A stretch of 64,000 bases of DNA from an uncultured Planctomycetales bacterium (GTDB lineage Bacteria > Omnitrophota > Gorgyraeia > Zapsychrales > JBDRMG01), in assembly GCA_964478715.1 (NCBI GenBank), contig CAYZIY010000001.1:73088-137087 (forward strand). The letters are read 5' to 3'. Numbering within the stretch: position 1 is the stretch's first letter; each line of letters begins with the position of its first letter. Shown here one piece after another: positions 49,047 to 58,153 of this stretch. The position numbers and the translations under genes are program-made. Under the pieces are notes generated by a model. The model worked only from the letters and a program-made list of their open reading frames with translations, made no database searches and was not told where the DNA came from.

Positions 49047-49658
49047 ATGCAGGAATTGATGAATTCAATCGGTGTTCTTATGGGAGGATCGTGGGCAGCA
49101 GGTGTCAATCTGTATTTAACCACGGCTGGATTGGGATTTGCCCATCGAATGGGCTGGGTCCAGCTTCCCGGTAACTTGGAATACCTTCAGCATCCGCTGG
49201 TCATTGGAACCGCGGTTTTACTTTACGGGGTCGAATTTTTCGCCGATAAGATTCCCTGGGTGGACACGACATGGGATAGTATCCATACTTTTATCCGGCC
49301 CGCAGGCGGAGCGGCTTTAGGATATATGGCCATGGCAGATGTTGGTTCAGCTGTTCAGGTTCCCGTGGCTTTGTTGACCGGTTCGATTGCGCTCGATTCT
49401 CATCTAACCAAGGCTACAACCCGGGCGGCGATCAATACCTCCCCCGAGCCGGTTACCAATTCCGTGGCTTCCGTCACTGAGGATATTTCAGTTGCTGGCA
49501 TCATTTATCTGATTATCCAGCATCCAATAATCGCGGCCATTTGCGTGATTGCTTTCATTCTTTTTTCTGTTTGGTTTTTAAAGAAAATGTGGAGATTTCT
49601 TAAAAAAATTTTCTCAGGAAAAAATGCGCAAGAGAATCCCAAAACGCAGGCTGTTTAA
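49047..49658 (+). CDS. DUF4126-family membrane protein
   Basis: 203 aa with 4-5 TM helices and a G-rich N-terminal helix (GGSWAAGVNLYLTTAGLG). Confidence 0.45.
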   Translation: MQELMNSIGVLMGGSWAAGVNLYLTTAGLGFAHRMGWVQLPGNLEYLQHPLVIGTAVLLYGVEFFADKIPWVDTTWDSIHTFIRPAGGAALGYMAMADVGSAVQVPVALLTGSIALDSHLTKATTRAAINTSPEPVTNSVASVTEDISVAGIIYLIIQHPIIAAICVIAFILFSVWFLKKMWRFLKKIFSGKNAQENPKTQAV

Positions 49659-49687
49659 ATTTTCATCATTTAATCAAGGAATGAAAA

Positions 49688-50059
49688 ATGCACAAAATTC
49701 TCATTATTGAAGATAATATGGAAGTGGCCAAATTGCTGAACGACCGCTTTATCGCTGAGGGTTTTGAAACAGCCGTTTGCTATGATGCCTATCAGGGGGT
49801 CGAATTTTCTCATAAAACAAAGCCTGACGTGATTCTTCTGGATTTAATGATTCCCGCCGGCGGGGGATTAAATGTGTTAAGGAATTTACGAATGTCGGGA
49901 TTCACGAAGTTTACGCCGATTGTTGTCTTGACCGGTTCGCGCAATCCGCAGGATCAGGAAAAAGCCAAAGAACTGGGAGCTAATGCGTATCTGGGAAAAC
50001 CTTTTGATTCCGGTGAATTGGTCGGGATCGTTCGCAGTTTTCTAAAGGGAGAGGCGTGA
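49688..50059 (+). CDS. Single-domain response regulator
   Basis: 123 aa REC (IIEDN..., LLDLMIP, GKP). Confidence 0.8.
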   Translation: MHKILIIEDNMEVAKLLNDRFIAEGFETAVCYDAYQGVEFSHKTKPDVILLDLMIPAGGGLNVLRNLRMSGFTKFTPIVVLTGSRNPQDQEKAKELGANAYLGKPFDSGELVGIVRSFLKGEA

Positions 50060-50433
50060 ATCTTTTCATTCTCATTGTCGATGACGAACCGCAGGATGCC
50101 TGGGCCATCACCCGGACTCTGCAAAAAGCGGGATACGAGCAGATTGCATGCGTGGATAGCCCTCGAGAGACCTTGGAAATTCTTAAAGATAAGCATCCCG
50201 ATCTGATCCTGATTGATGTGGTTCTCAAAGGAGATGATGGTTTTGATCTATGCAAAGAGCTCCGGGAAAAGAACCATTATCAGGGTCTGATTATTATGAT
50301 CACAGGACATCTTGACGCCATCATTGCTGACAAAGCCCGCCTATCCGGTGCCGATGAAATCATTGAAAAAATTCCGGAATTTACCAATATCCAACCCGCC
50401 ATTACCCGCCTTTTAAGCCAAAAGGAAAACTAA
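50056..50433 (+). CDS. Single-domain response regulator (GTG start)
   Basis: 125 aa REC (IVDDEP, LILIDVVL). Confidence 0.7.
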   Translation: MNLFILIVDDEPQDAWAITRTLQKAGYEQIACVDSPRETLEILKDKHPDLILIDVVLKGDDGFDLCKELREKNHYQGLIIMITGHLDAIIADKARLSGADEIIEKIPEFTNIQPAITRLLSQKEN

Positions 50434-50491
50434 GTTCTTTTTTAATTCCCGGATATCTCTTTGTATTCGCATTTCAGGCTTGATATAATAT

Positions 50492-52453
50492 TTGCACGTA
50501 AATCCTTTTGAAATAAACGCCATGTTTGAAGAACTGAAACTAAAAAATCTGCGCTTAAGAGTCAAGCTGGTCTTGCTTCTTTTATTGATTTCCGTCATTC
50601 CTCTTTTAGCTATCAGCATATCCAATTATTTTTATGCTAAATCGGAATTGGAGAAAACCACGATTGAAAATCTCCGCGCGGTTAACAATTCCCGAGCGGC
50701 TTATATCAATCATTCCATCCAGCTGCGGCAGGAGCAGGCTAAGGCTTTTGCCGGTGCCTATCTTCCCCGCCAGCTGAGTGAATCCGGCTATAATGATCCG
50801 GCTTTGATCAAAGGCATCCAGGAAGACATTGAATCAACGTTTCGCGATTTGAATCAAGAGCCTACCAGTCCTTATCAGGACATCGACAAAAAGACGGATA
50901 TTGCTATCATCAGCATTTGGGATGTCCTGGGGAATATCGTCGCTTCGACCAATAAAGAATTGATCAACAGAAAAATGCCTATCGATTTTCTTCAAAAGGT
51001 TTTTGATCGCAAGGGAACCTACTTTGCTGGATTTCAGAAGGATCCGCTCACCGGTAAGAATTTGCTGATTATTTTGGAAGAGATCAGAAACTGGAAAACA
51101 AACCGCCTGGTGGGTGTCGTGTCTCTTAAGGTCAGTACCAAAACGCTTAATGAAATCACGACCGAAAGGGAGGGTTTAGGTTACAGCGGAGAGACTTACC
51201 TCGTTGATAGAAATTATTTGATGATCACGCCTTCGCGTTTTGTCGACGATTCCATCCTCAATAGGCGCGTGATTACACTCGGAACGCAGGCTTGCCTTAA
51301 AAGCAATAGCTATGCGGGTATTTATAAAAATTATCTCAATAAGGATGTTCTGGGTGTTCAGAAATATCTGCCTGATCAAAAATGGTGCCTTATTTCCGAG
51401 GTTGATGCCGGGGAAGCCTTAAGGCCTGTCCAGGAATTGCGCACACGCACGCTTGTCCTTGGCGGTTTGCTGATTTTTGTTATTTTAATCTTTGCTTATC
51501 TGGCCAGTCATACTTTAATCAAACCGATTCTGAAACTGCACGAGGCTTCTCAGAAAATCAAGAGGGGGCAGTTTGATATTACCGTTCAAGCTGAGGGTCG
51601 CGATGAAATTGCCGACTTATCGCGGGCTTTCAACGAAATGGCCAAGAGTCTTAAATTAGCCAATCAAGAACTCGAAGAAAAATCAAAGATCCTGTTCCAG
51701 AATCTGGCGGTTTCAACCAGCCAGAAAAAGGAATTAAAGAAAGTCAATCAGGAGTTGGATAGTTTTGTCTATACGGCGAGTCATGATTTGCGCGCACCCT
51801 TGCGGGCCATTGCCTCTTTTGCCACATTTTTGGAGGAGGATTATAAAGGCAAGCTGGGCACCGAGGGTCAGGAATATATCGATGAGATCCGAAAGGGCGC
51901 TACAAAGATGAATGCTTTTATCGAGGATCTTTTGACGCTTTCAAGAATCAGTCGGATTAAAAATCCTTATGAAGATGTCGATATCCGCATGGTTTTGGAA
52001 ACAGCGATTGAGCGGTTAAAGTTTGAGATAAAAGAAAAACAGGTCAATCTTGTTGCGGTCCAGCATTTGCCGGTCATGCATTGCGATCGCATCAAAATAA
52101 CCGAAGTCTTTTATAATCTGATCAACAATGCGATCAAATTTTCTTCTAAAAATAATAAAGAGAATCCCCGTGTGAAAATCGGATATGCTAAAATCGGAGA
52201 CTTGCATCAATTTTTTGTCAAAGATAACGGAATCGGTATCGACCCAAAATACCATGAGCAGATTTTCGGGATTTTTAAACGTCTGCATTCGGATAAAGAA
52301 TATGAAGGAACCGGTGCCGGTTTAAGCATTATCAAGAAAGTTATCGATGATCATCAGGGGAAAATCTGGGTCGAATCAGAGCTTGGAAAGGGAGCTGCGT
52401 TTTACTTTACGATTCCAGACAATCTCAGAGAAGATATAAGAAAACAGGAATAA
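50492..52453 (+). CDS. Sensor histidine kinase with periplasmic Cache-like sensor, HAMP, HisKA and HATPase_c
   Basis: TM1, about 270 aa periplasmic domain, TM2, HAMP (DEIADLSRAFNEMAKSL), H-box FVYTASHDLRAPL, and N/G1/G2 boxes (DNGIGI, GTGAGLSI). Confidence 0.8.
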   Translation: MHVNPFEINAMFEELKLKNLRLRVKLVLLLLLISVIPLLAISISNYFYAKSELEKTTIENLRAVNNSRAAYINHSIQLRQEQAKAFAGAYLPRQLSESGYNDPALIKGIQEDIESTFRDLNQEPTSPYQDIDKKTDIAIISIWDVLGNIVASTNKELINRKMPIDFLQKVFDRKGTYFAGFQKDPLTGKNLLIILEEIRNWKTNRLVGVVSLKVSTKTLNEITTEREGLGYSGETYLVDRNYLMITPSRFVDDSILNRRVITLGTQACLKSNSYAGIYKNYLNKDVLGVQKYLPDQKWCLISEVDAGEALRPVQELRTRTLVLGGLLIFVILIFAYLASHTLIKPILKLHEASQKIKRGQFDITVQAEGRDEIADLSRAFNEMAKSLKLANQELEEKSKILFQNLAVSTSQKKELKKVNQELDSFVYTASHDLRAPLRAIASFATFLEEDYKGKLGTEGQEYIDEIRKGATKMNAFIEDLLTLSRISRIKNPYEDVDIRMVLETAIERLKFEIKEKQVNLVAVQHLPVMHCDRIKITEVFYNLINNAIKFSSKNNKENPRVKIGYAKIGDLHQFFVKDNGIGIDPKYHEQIFGIFKRLHSDKEYEGTGAGLSIIKKVIDDHQGKIWVESELGKGAAFYFTIPDNLREDIRKQE

Positions 52454-52468
52454 AGGCGGATATAAATT

Positions 52469-52942
52469 ATGGAACAAAAAGAGAATCAACAACGCAAGAC
52501 GCGGGAGCTGAATATTTTACTGGTTGATGACAGCGAAGCCGACATCAAAATTGCTCAGCGGGCATTTGGTCAGGCCAAAATCAAAAACCGACTCTTCGTT
52601 GTCCAAAGCGCCCAGGAATGTTTCGATTTCATCTTTCATGACGGCTCCTATCGGGATTGCGGAAAGTATCTGTCTCCGGATTTAATCCTTCTGGATATCA
52701 GCATGCCTCAAATCGACGGGTTTGCTGTCTTAAAAAATCTCAAGCAAGAGGACGCGACAAAAGATATTCCCGTTATTATATTGACTGGGTCTAAAAACCA
52801 GGAAGATATTGGTAAAAGTTATCATATGCAGGCGGCTTCTTTCATTCAAAAACCGGTCACTTATGAACGATTTGTTGAGTTTATCGATGTGTTTAATGTT
52901 TACTGGAATATTGTTTGCAAATTGCCGCAAGCCAGCAAGTAG
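52469..52942 (+). CDS. Single-domain response regulator (Rcp1-like)
   Basis: 157 aa REC (ILLVDDSEAD, LILLDISMP, IQKP). Confidence 0.75.
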   Translation: MEQKENQQRKTRELNILLVDDSEADIKIAQRAFGQAKIKNRLFVVQSAQECFDFIFHDGSYRDCGKYLSPDLILLDISMPQIDGFAVLKNLKQEDATKDIPVIILTGSKNQEDIGKSYHMQAASFIQKPVTYERFVEFIDVFNVYWNIVCKLPQASK

Positions 52943-52955
52943 GAGGTTTTAAGGC

Positions 52956-54110
52956 GTGTCACAGAAGATATTGATCATCGAAGACAATGAACAAGATCAG
53001 AAAATCATCAGCCGGTTTCTTAAGAAATCCGATTATGAGGTCTGCGCTGTGGTTGACAGCGGTGAAAAAGGAATCGCAAGCGCCAAAGAATGCGCGCCTG
53101 ATATCATCATCCTGGATACCGTGTTGCCGGGAATGAACGGGTTCGAGACCTGCCGGATGCTCAAAACCACCGAGAAGGTGAAGACCAAAATTATTATCGC
53201 CACCGGCCGGCTGGATGCCGTCGATGCTCAGAAAGCCAAACAGGCCGGTGCCGATGATTATTGCGTGAAGACATCTGACTGCGCCTTGATTCTGGAAGCG
53301 ATCAGGAAGGTGTCCAGAGATCAAAAGGAAGATACCTGGGGTCTTCAAAAGAGCATGGAATGCGTCAAAATACTTTACCAGGAACTTGAGAAAAAGAATG
53401 CGGAACTGAAAAAGCTCAACACCTTACAGGCCGAATTTGTTTCTACGGCTTCTCACGAATTGCGCACGCCGTTAACGATCATTAAGGAAGCAATCAGCCA
53501 GGTCAACGAAGGACTCTTCGGCGAGGTCAATATCCAGCAAGCAGAGAAATTAGTCATGGCCATTGAGGGCGTTGATCGTCTCCGGCGCATGATTGACGAC
53601 CTCCTTGAGACCGCAAAATTGGAAGCCAAGAAAATCATACTCCATAAGAAAAAAATTGATCTGATCGAATTAGCTAGAGAAACCCAAACGCTTTTCTATC
53701 TGATGGCTCAGGAAAAAGAATTGAGCATTGATTGCCATCTGGCCTGCGATCAGCTGATCGTCGAAGCTGATCGGGACAGGATTCTTCAGGTCCTCATCAA
53801 TCTCGTCGGCAATGCGCTGAAATTTACCGAACAAGGACGGATCCTGATCACAGTCAAAGACTGTGATCCAAAGGCGGAATTCAGCGTTACCGATACGGGT
53901 TGCGGTATCGGCCGTGCTGATTTGGATAAAGTATTTTCCAAATTTGAGCAGTTTGGAAAATCCAACCTGACCCAGAAGGGAACCGGTTTGGGTCTGGCTA
54001 TCTCGAAAGATATTGTGGAATTGCACGGAGGTGCCATTTCTGTCGAAAGCGTTCCGGGCAAAGGTTCAACTTTTACCGTATGTCTTCCTAAAAAAGACGC
54101 AGGTCAATGA
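52956..54110 (+). CDS. Hybrid receiver-histidine kinase (REC plus HisKA plus HATPase_c, cytoplasmic)
   Basis: N-terminal REC (IIEDNEQD, IIILDTVLPG), H-box FVSTASHELRTPL, and ATPase N/G boxes (DTGCGIG, GTGLGLAI). No TM segments. Confidence 0.8.
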   Translation: MSQKILIIEDNEQDQKIISRFLKKSDYEVCAVVDSGEKGIASAKECAPDIIILDTVLPGMNGFETCRMLKTTEKVKTKIIIATGRLDAVDAQKAKQAGADDYCVKTSDCALILEAIRKVSRDQKEDTWGLQKSMECVKILYQELEKKNAELKKLNTLQAEFVSTASHELRTPLTIIKEAISQVNEGLFGEVNIQQAEKLVMAIEGVDRLRRMIDDLLETAKLEAKKIILHKKKIDLIELARETQTLFYLMAQEKELSIDCHLACDQLIVEADRDRILQVLINLVGNALKFTEQGRILITVKDCDPKAEFSVTDTGCGIGRADLDKVFSKFEQFGKSNLTQKGTGLGLAISKDIVELHGGAISVESVPGKGSTFTVCLPKKDAGQ

Positions 54111-54123
54111 GAGCAATACTATT

Positions 54124-54516
54124 ATGACTAAGAAAATCCTGATTGTCGATGATGAAAAAGATATCGCTCAGTTGATTGCCTTTCGATTGCAGGCTCATCG
54201 ATATAAAACCATTCTGGCTCATGACGGTGTCGATGGTCTGGCCAAAGCGAAAGAAGAAAATCCCGATCTTGTCATTCTGGATGTGATGATGCCCCGGCTC
54301 AATGGTTTTGAAGTCTGCCGCCTTCTCAAATTCGATGCGAAATATAAGAATATCCCTGTCATCTTTTTAACCAGCAAGAAAGAAGATGTGGATAAGGCGA
54401 TCAGCCAGGAGGTGGGCGCTGATGCCTATGTGACCAAACCTTTTGAGTCTAATGAGCTGATTGAGACTATTGGGAAAATCCTTCAATCCAAAGACACCTC
54501 TATTCCCGACGCATGA
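54124..54516 (+). CDS. Single-domain response regulator
   Basis: 130 aa REC starting at MTKKILIVDDEKD. The ORF track start at 54013 is an upstream in-frame extension without an RBS. Confidence 0.75.
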   Translation: MTKKILIVDDEKDIAQLIAFRLQAHRYKTILAHDGVDGLAKAKEENPDLVILDVMMPRLNGFEVCRLLKFDAKYKNIPVIFLTSKKEDVDKAISQEVGADAYVTKPFESNELIETIGKILQSKDTSIPDA

Positions 54517-55988
54517 TACAGGCCGGTAAAAAACTTTTCACTCAAGGAAACACGATTCTTTTTTTGATCCTTGCCTGTTCCTTTCTGTTGAACAATTTCA
54601 ATAATAATTTTTCTTTTGGATATCATTTTGATGAACCAAAAAAAATCAAGTTTATTGAACAAAAAGGGCATGATTTTCAGCATCCCTTGTTAATGACCAA
54701 GACCGTGGAGTGGGCCAACAGGGTTTTTGGTTTTGACACCAAGCAAGAAATTGTGCGATTAGGGCGGTTTTTTTCCGCCTTCTGGTTGACATTGATGATC
54801 TTGTTTCTTTATTATCTTCTGCGGTGTTTCCTCGGACAGTTTGAAACCCTGACTGTTTGTGCGCTTACGGCCGTCTCGCCGATCATTGTGGTGCATGCCC
54901 ATTATTTTAAGGAAGATGCGGCTCTGGTTTGTTTTTTGATGGCCGGTCTTTTGGGCCTGTTTCACTACAGCGAAAAAGCGACATCAAAGACGGCGCTATT
55001 GCTCGGTTTGGCCACCGGCTGCGCCGTTTCGTCCAAATATATCGGATTTCTCATTATTCCCCTTTATTTACTGACGCCTATGATCGCTCCGGTCCAAGAC
55101 CGGGCAAGATATTACCGGTTTCTTGCGCTTTCACTCGGTGTTGCCGGTTGTGTTTTCGCGGCCCTTAACTATTCCATGATCTGCAATTCAGAGATGGTCA
55201 AAGGTGCTGCCGGCTATACAGTTCGTCAGATCATAGAAGGTAATGCAGTAAGAATTTATCCCTGGCATTTCTTTTTGACTTTTCATCTGCGTTACAGTCT
55301 TTGGCCGGGATTAACCGGCTTGGTGTGCACCTTGTTTCTTATTGGATTTTTGCAGAGCATCTCTCAGTGGAAGAAAATCTGCTGGCAGGAAAGGATCTTG
55401 CTAAGTTACATCATTATCTTTTATCTGATTCCTGAGAATGCTCCGCTTAAAGCTTTTCCCGATTTTATGCGTTATATGTTACCCATTGTTCCGCTCTGTA
55501 TTTATTTTGCTTTTAAGGGAGCTCAAGAAATCAGCGGGATATTCAAACCCAAGAGCCGGAAAATAATTCACAAGGTCCTTATCGGTTTGATGATTTTGAT
55601 TTCACTGACCCACACAGTTTTGCTTGTTTATCATCTGGATCAAGACACACGCGAAAAAGCTAAGGCATGGTTGATGCAAGCACCGGAAAAATCGATGTGC
55701 GAACGTTATGTTTTTACCTATGATCTGATTAAATCATTAGCCCAATACGATGTTTCCCAGTGGCAACAAATGGGATTTCGCTATCTGGTGGCCAGCTCTT
55801 TTCAGTATGAACGTTACCTGTTGGCCGGACAGCTTTCAGGCCAGGAGGAAGAAGTTTATCGGTATGAAAAAAGATATCGCGAATTATTTTCCTATCCTTA
55901 TGAAGAAATCAAGCCGGCCTTCAAAAGTTTTGCCTTTAGCAATCCCGCTATTCGGATCATTGATCTAAAAGGAGAGAGCGCTCCGTGA
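54513..55988 (+). CDS. GT-C fold glycosyltransferase (PMT_2/ArnT-like), second copy in window
   Basis: 491 aa, polytopic, with an HFDEPK acidic motif in loop 1 and a C-terminal soluble domain. Confidence 0.45.
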   Translation: MIQAGKKLFTQGNTILFLILACSFLLNNFNNNFSFGYHFDEPKKIKFIEQKGHDFQHPLLMTKTVEWANRVFGFDTKQEIVRLGRFFSAFWLTLMILFLYYLLRCFLGQFETLTVCALTAVSPIIVVHAHYFKEDAALVCFLMAGLLGLFHYSEKATSKTALLLGLATGCAVSSKYIGFLIIPLYLLTPMIAPVQDRARYYRFLALSLGVAGCVFAALNYSMICNSEMVKGAAGYTVRQIIEGNAVRIYPWHFFLTFHLRYSLWPGLTGLVCTLFLIGFLQSISQWKKICWQERILLSYIIIFYLIPENAPLKAFPDFMRYMLPIVPLCIYFAFKGAQEISGIFKPKSRKIIHKVLIGLMILISLTHTVLLVYHLDQDTREKAKAWLMQAPEKSMCERYVFTYDLIKSLAQYDVSQWQQMGFRYLVASSFQYERYLLAGQLSGQEEEVYRYEKRYRELFSYPYEEIKPAFKSFAFSNPAIRIIDLKGESAP

Positions 55989-57040
55989 GACCCCCCGTGC
56001 GTTATGAGAGCCTTGATTTTCTTAAAGCCCTGGGAATTATTTATTTGATTGTTTTGCATCATCTGATTTGGGTGCTTCTTCTGGGCGATTACGGAACATT
56101 GAGATACGAGCAAGGCCGATCTTTGGGGATGGCTTTTGGGGTGCATAGCGGTCTGCACGTATTGGGCTTTCAGCTTCCTCTTTTGGCCGGGATGACATTC
56201 TTTATGATGCTTAAAACAAAAGACCTTGGATTTAAGGAGATAGCCTTAAGAGCGCTGATATTGTGTTTATTGGGTTTTATGATGAATTTATTTACCTGGG
56301 GTCCGCGGCATGCCTTTGATTGGGATGTTCTTCCCTTTATCGCTCTGTCTATGCTCATCGCTTATCCATTTTTGAGATTTTTCCCCACCGGCCTGGCTAC
56401 GTCGATTTTGATTCTGATTGGCATGATCGCTCTTCGATTTTCTTCTGCCTTTCCTTTTGGATTTCAGGACTATTATCTATATTATGTGATATTCGGAGAT
56501 CCTGCCGGCGGGCATTTCTGGCCATTGTGCCCGTGGTTTATCCTCTTTGCTTTAGGAATTTTCACGGGCGATGTCTTCTGCTCTCAATCGAGGAAGATGA
56601 TGATTTTTTTGATTATTATTGGGGCGGTTTTATTGATCACTTCGATGACAAAAGGTGATTTCTTTCCGGCCAGTCGGGAAAATCAGGTTTGGGGGCCGGC
56701 CTTGTTTAAGCCTTCGCCGTATTTTGTCTTAGGGATTATGGGATTTAGCTTATCGGTTTTACCTTTAACTCATCTGATATTTGAGAAATGGAAAAGCGCG
56801 AGAGATTTCTTGAAACGCTCGGGTTTTCTGTATTTCAGTTATGGGATTTTATGGATCTATTTGATCTCAACCGTTGTGGGCTATCACCTGACCGTGCTAG
56901 TTTTAAATAGATTAAGTCTTGATTATGCCGGAGCCCTTGTGGCCTTGACAATGTTGATTCTGTTTCAGTTGGTTGTGGCATTTTTCATCGGCAAGACTAT
57001 TTTTGAAATAAAGAAAAACAATAAGGAGAGACTGTCTTGA
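55985..57040 (+). CDS. Acyltransferase family 3-like integral membrane protein
   Basis: 351 aa, about 10 TM helices, with an N-terminal RYESLDFLKALGIIYLIVLHH motif typical of the acyltransferase_3 family. Confidence 0.4.
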   Translation: MRPPVRYESLDFLKALGIIYLIVLHHLIWVLLLGDYGTLRYEQGRSLGMAFGVHSGLHVLGFQLPLLAGMTFFMMLKTKDLGFKEIALRALILCLLGFMMNLFTWGPRHAFDWDVLPFIALSMLIAYPFLRFFPTGLATSILILIGMIALRFSSAFPFGFQDYYLYYVIFGDPAGGHFWPLCPWFILFALGIFTGDVFCSQSRKMMIFLIIIGAVLLITSMTKGDFFPASRENQVWGPALFKPSPYFVLGIMGFSLSVLPLTHLIFEKWKSARDFLKRSGFLYFSYGILWIYLISTVVGYHLTVLVLNRLSLDYAGALVALTMLILFQLVVAFFIGKTIFEIKKNNKERLS

Positions 57041-57711
57041 TTTTTGGTATCAAGTTTCTCTTGGCTTTTTGTAGCATCACTTATGAGCTGATTCTCGCGC
57101 AGTGTCTGGCCGCGTTTTTGGAGAATACCGTCTTACGCTATAGCGTGACCGTTGGTCTATACTTGTTTTCGATGGGCGTGGGCAGTTTTCTAGCGGAAAA
57201 AAAGACCAAGCATGCAGCCAAGACACTTCTGCGCGCGGAAGCTCTTCTGGTTCTTTGCGGGGGGTTAAGCGTTGTCTTTCTTTTTGCCGTAGATTATCTA
57301 AGCGGATCCCGTATAGTTTTTTCGGCGATAGCCCACGGGCTCATAGTGTTGATTGGTATATTAACCGGTTTGGAGCTGCCTTTGTTGATTCACCTGCAGG
57401 AAAAAAGAAGCCAGGACTTAGAGCATCAGATGATCGGATTTGATTATGCCGGTGCCTTTGCCGGGACTTTGTTTTTTGTCTTTGTGATCTTTCCCCGCTT
57501 TGGGCTTGTGGCCGGCAGTTTCTTTGTCGGGCTGATCAATGCTCTGACGGCTGCAACTCTTTTTTGGGCCTTGTTACCGCAAAAGGGCAGGGATCGGCCA
57601 ATGGCATTAAGGGTTATTGTGTTATACCTCATAATCTCTGTCGCATTTTGTGTTTTTTTATGGAACAGCGGTCAAATATCCCGGATTTTGATTGAGGGCT
57701 ATCTTCACTAA
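57037..57711 (+). CDS. Membrane protein homologous to the N-terminal TM domain of membrane-fused spermidine synthase (no catalytic domain); TTG start
   Basis: 224 aa. Its N-terminus (FCSITYELILAQCLAAFLENTVLRYSVTVGLYLFSMGVGSF) parallels the SpeE TM domain at 58154 (CSMIYELLLAQAIVERAGNTVVWYSLTIGLYLAAMGLGAF). Confidence 0.5.
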   Translation: MIFGIKFLLAFCSITYELILAQCLAAFLENTVLRYSVTVGLYLFSMGVGSFLAEKKTKHAAKTLLRAEALLVLCGGLSVVFLFAVDYLSGSRIVFSAIAHGLIVLIGILTGLELPLLIHLQEKRSQDLEHQMIGFDYAGAFAGTLFFVFVIFPRFGLVAGSFFVGLINALTAATLFWALLPQKGRDRPMALRVIVLYLIISVAFCVFLWNSGQISRILIEGYLH

Positions 57712-57720
57712 GGGGGCCAT

Positions 57721-58077
57721 ATGCATAAGAAATTAACCAAGGAATTCGGCAAACATTATCTGGTGGAATTCATTAAATGCAACAGCGATAAACTGAAATA
57801 TGTCAAAGACGTACAGGAACCTTTATCGGAGGCTGCGCGTCTGAGTGAGGCTCATATTTTCAGCCATCATTTTCATCAATTTGAGCCGGTGGGGGTCACG
57901 GGTATTATCTTGATCGGATGGTCCCATTTTTCTGTGCATACCTGGCCGGAAGATCAATATGTGACTTTCGATATTCTTACCTGCGGCAAGATGTCACCCG
58001 ATAAAGCCATCGATTATCTTCAAGATTATTTTGAGGCCAAGCAGATTGAATTAAAAGTTATTCCAAGGGGATTTTAG
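57721..58077 (+). CDS. speH: S-adenosylmethionine decarboxylase proenzyme (small bacterial class)
   Basis: 118 aa with the HYLVEF...C and SHFSVHTWPE (Ser-pyruvoyl site) signatures. Confidence 0.7.
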   Translation: MHKKLTKEFGKHYLVEFIKCNSDKLKYVKDVQEPLSEAARLSEAHIFSHHFHQFEPVGVTGIILIGWSHFSVHTWPEDQYVTFDILTCGKMSPDKAIDYLQDYFEAKQIELKVIPRGF

Positions 58078-58153
58078 CCGAAAATATGCAAAAGAAGCAA
58101 TTTGTTTCTTTTAGATCGAAAGCAGTGTCTTATAAACCATCAACCGAAGTGAA

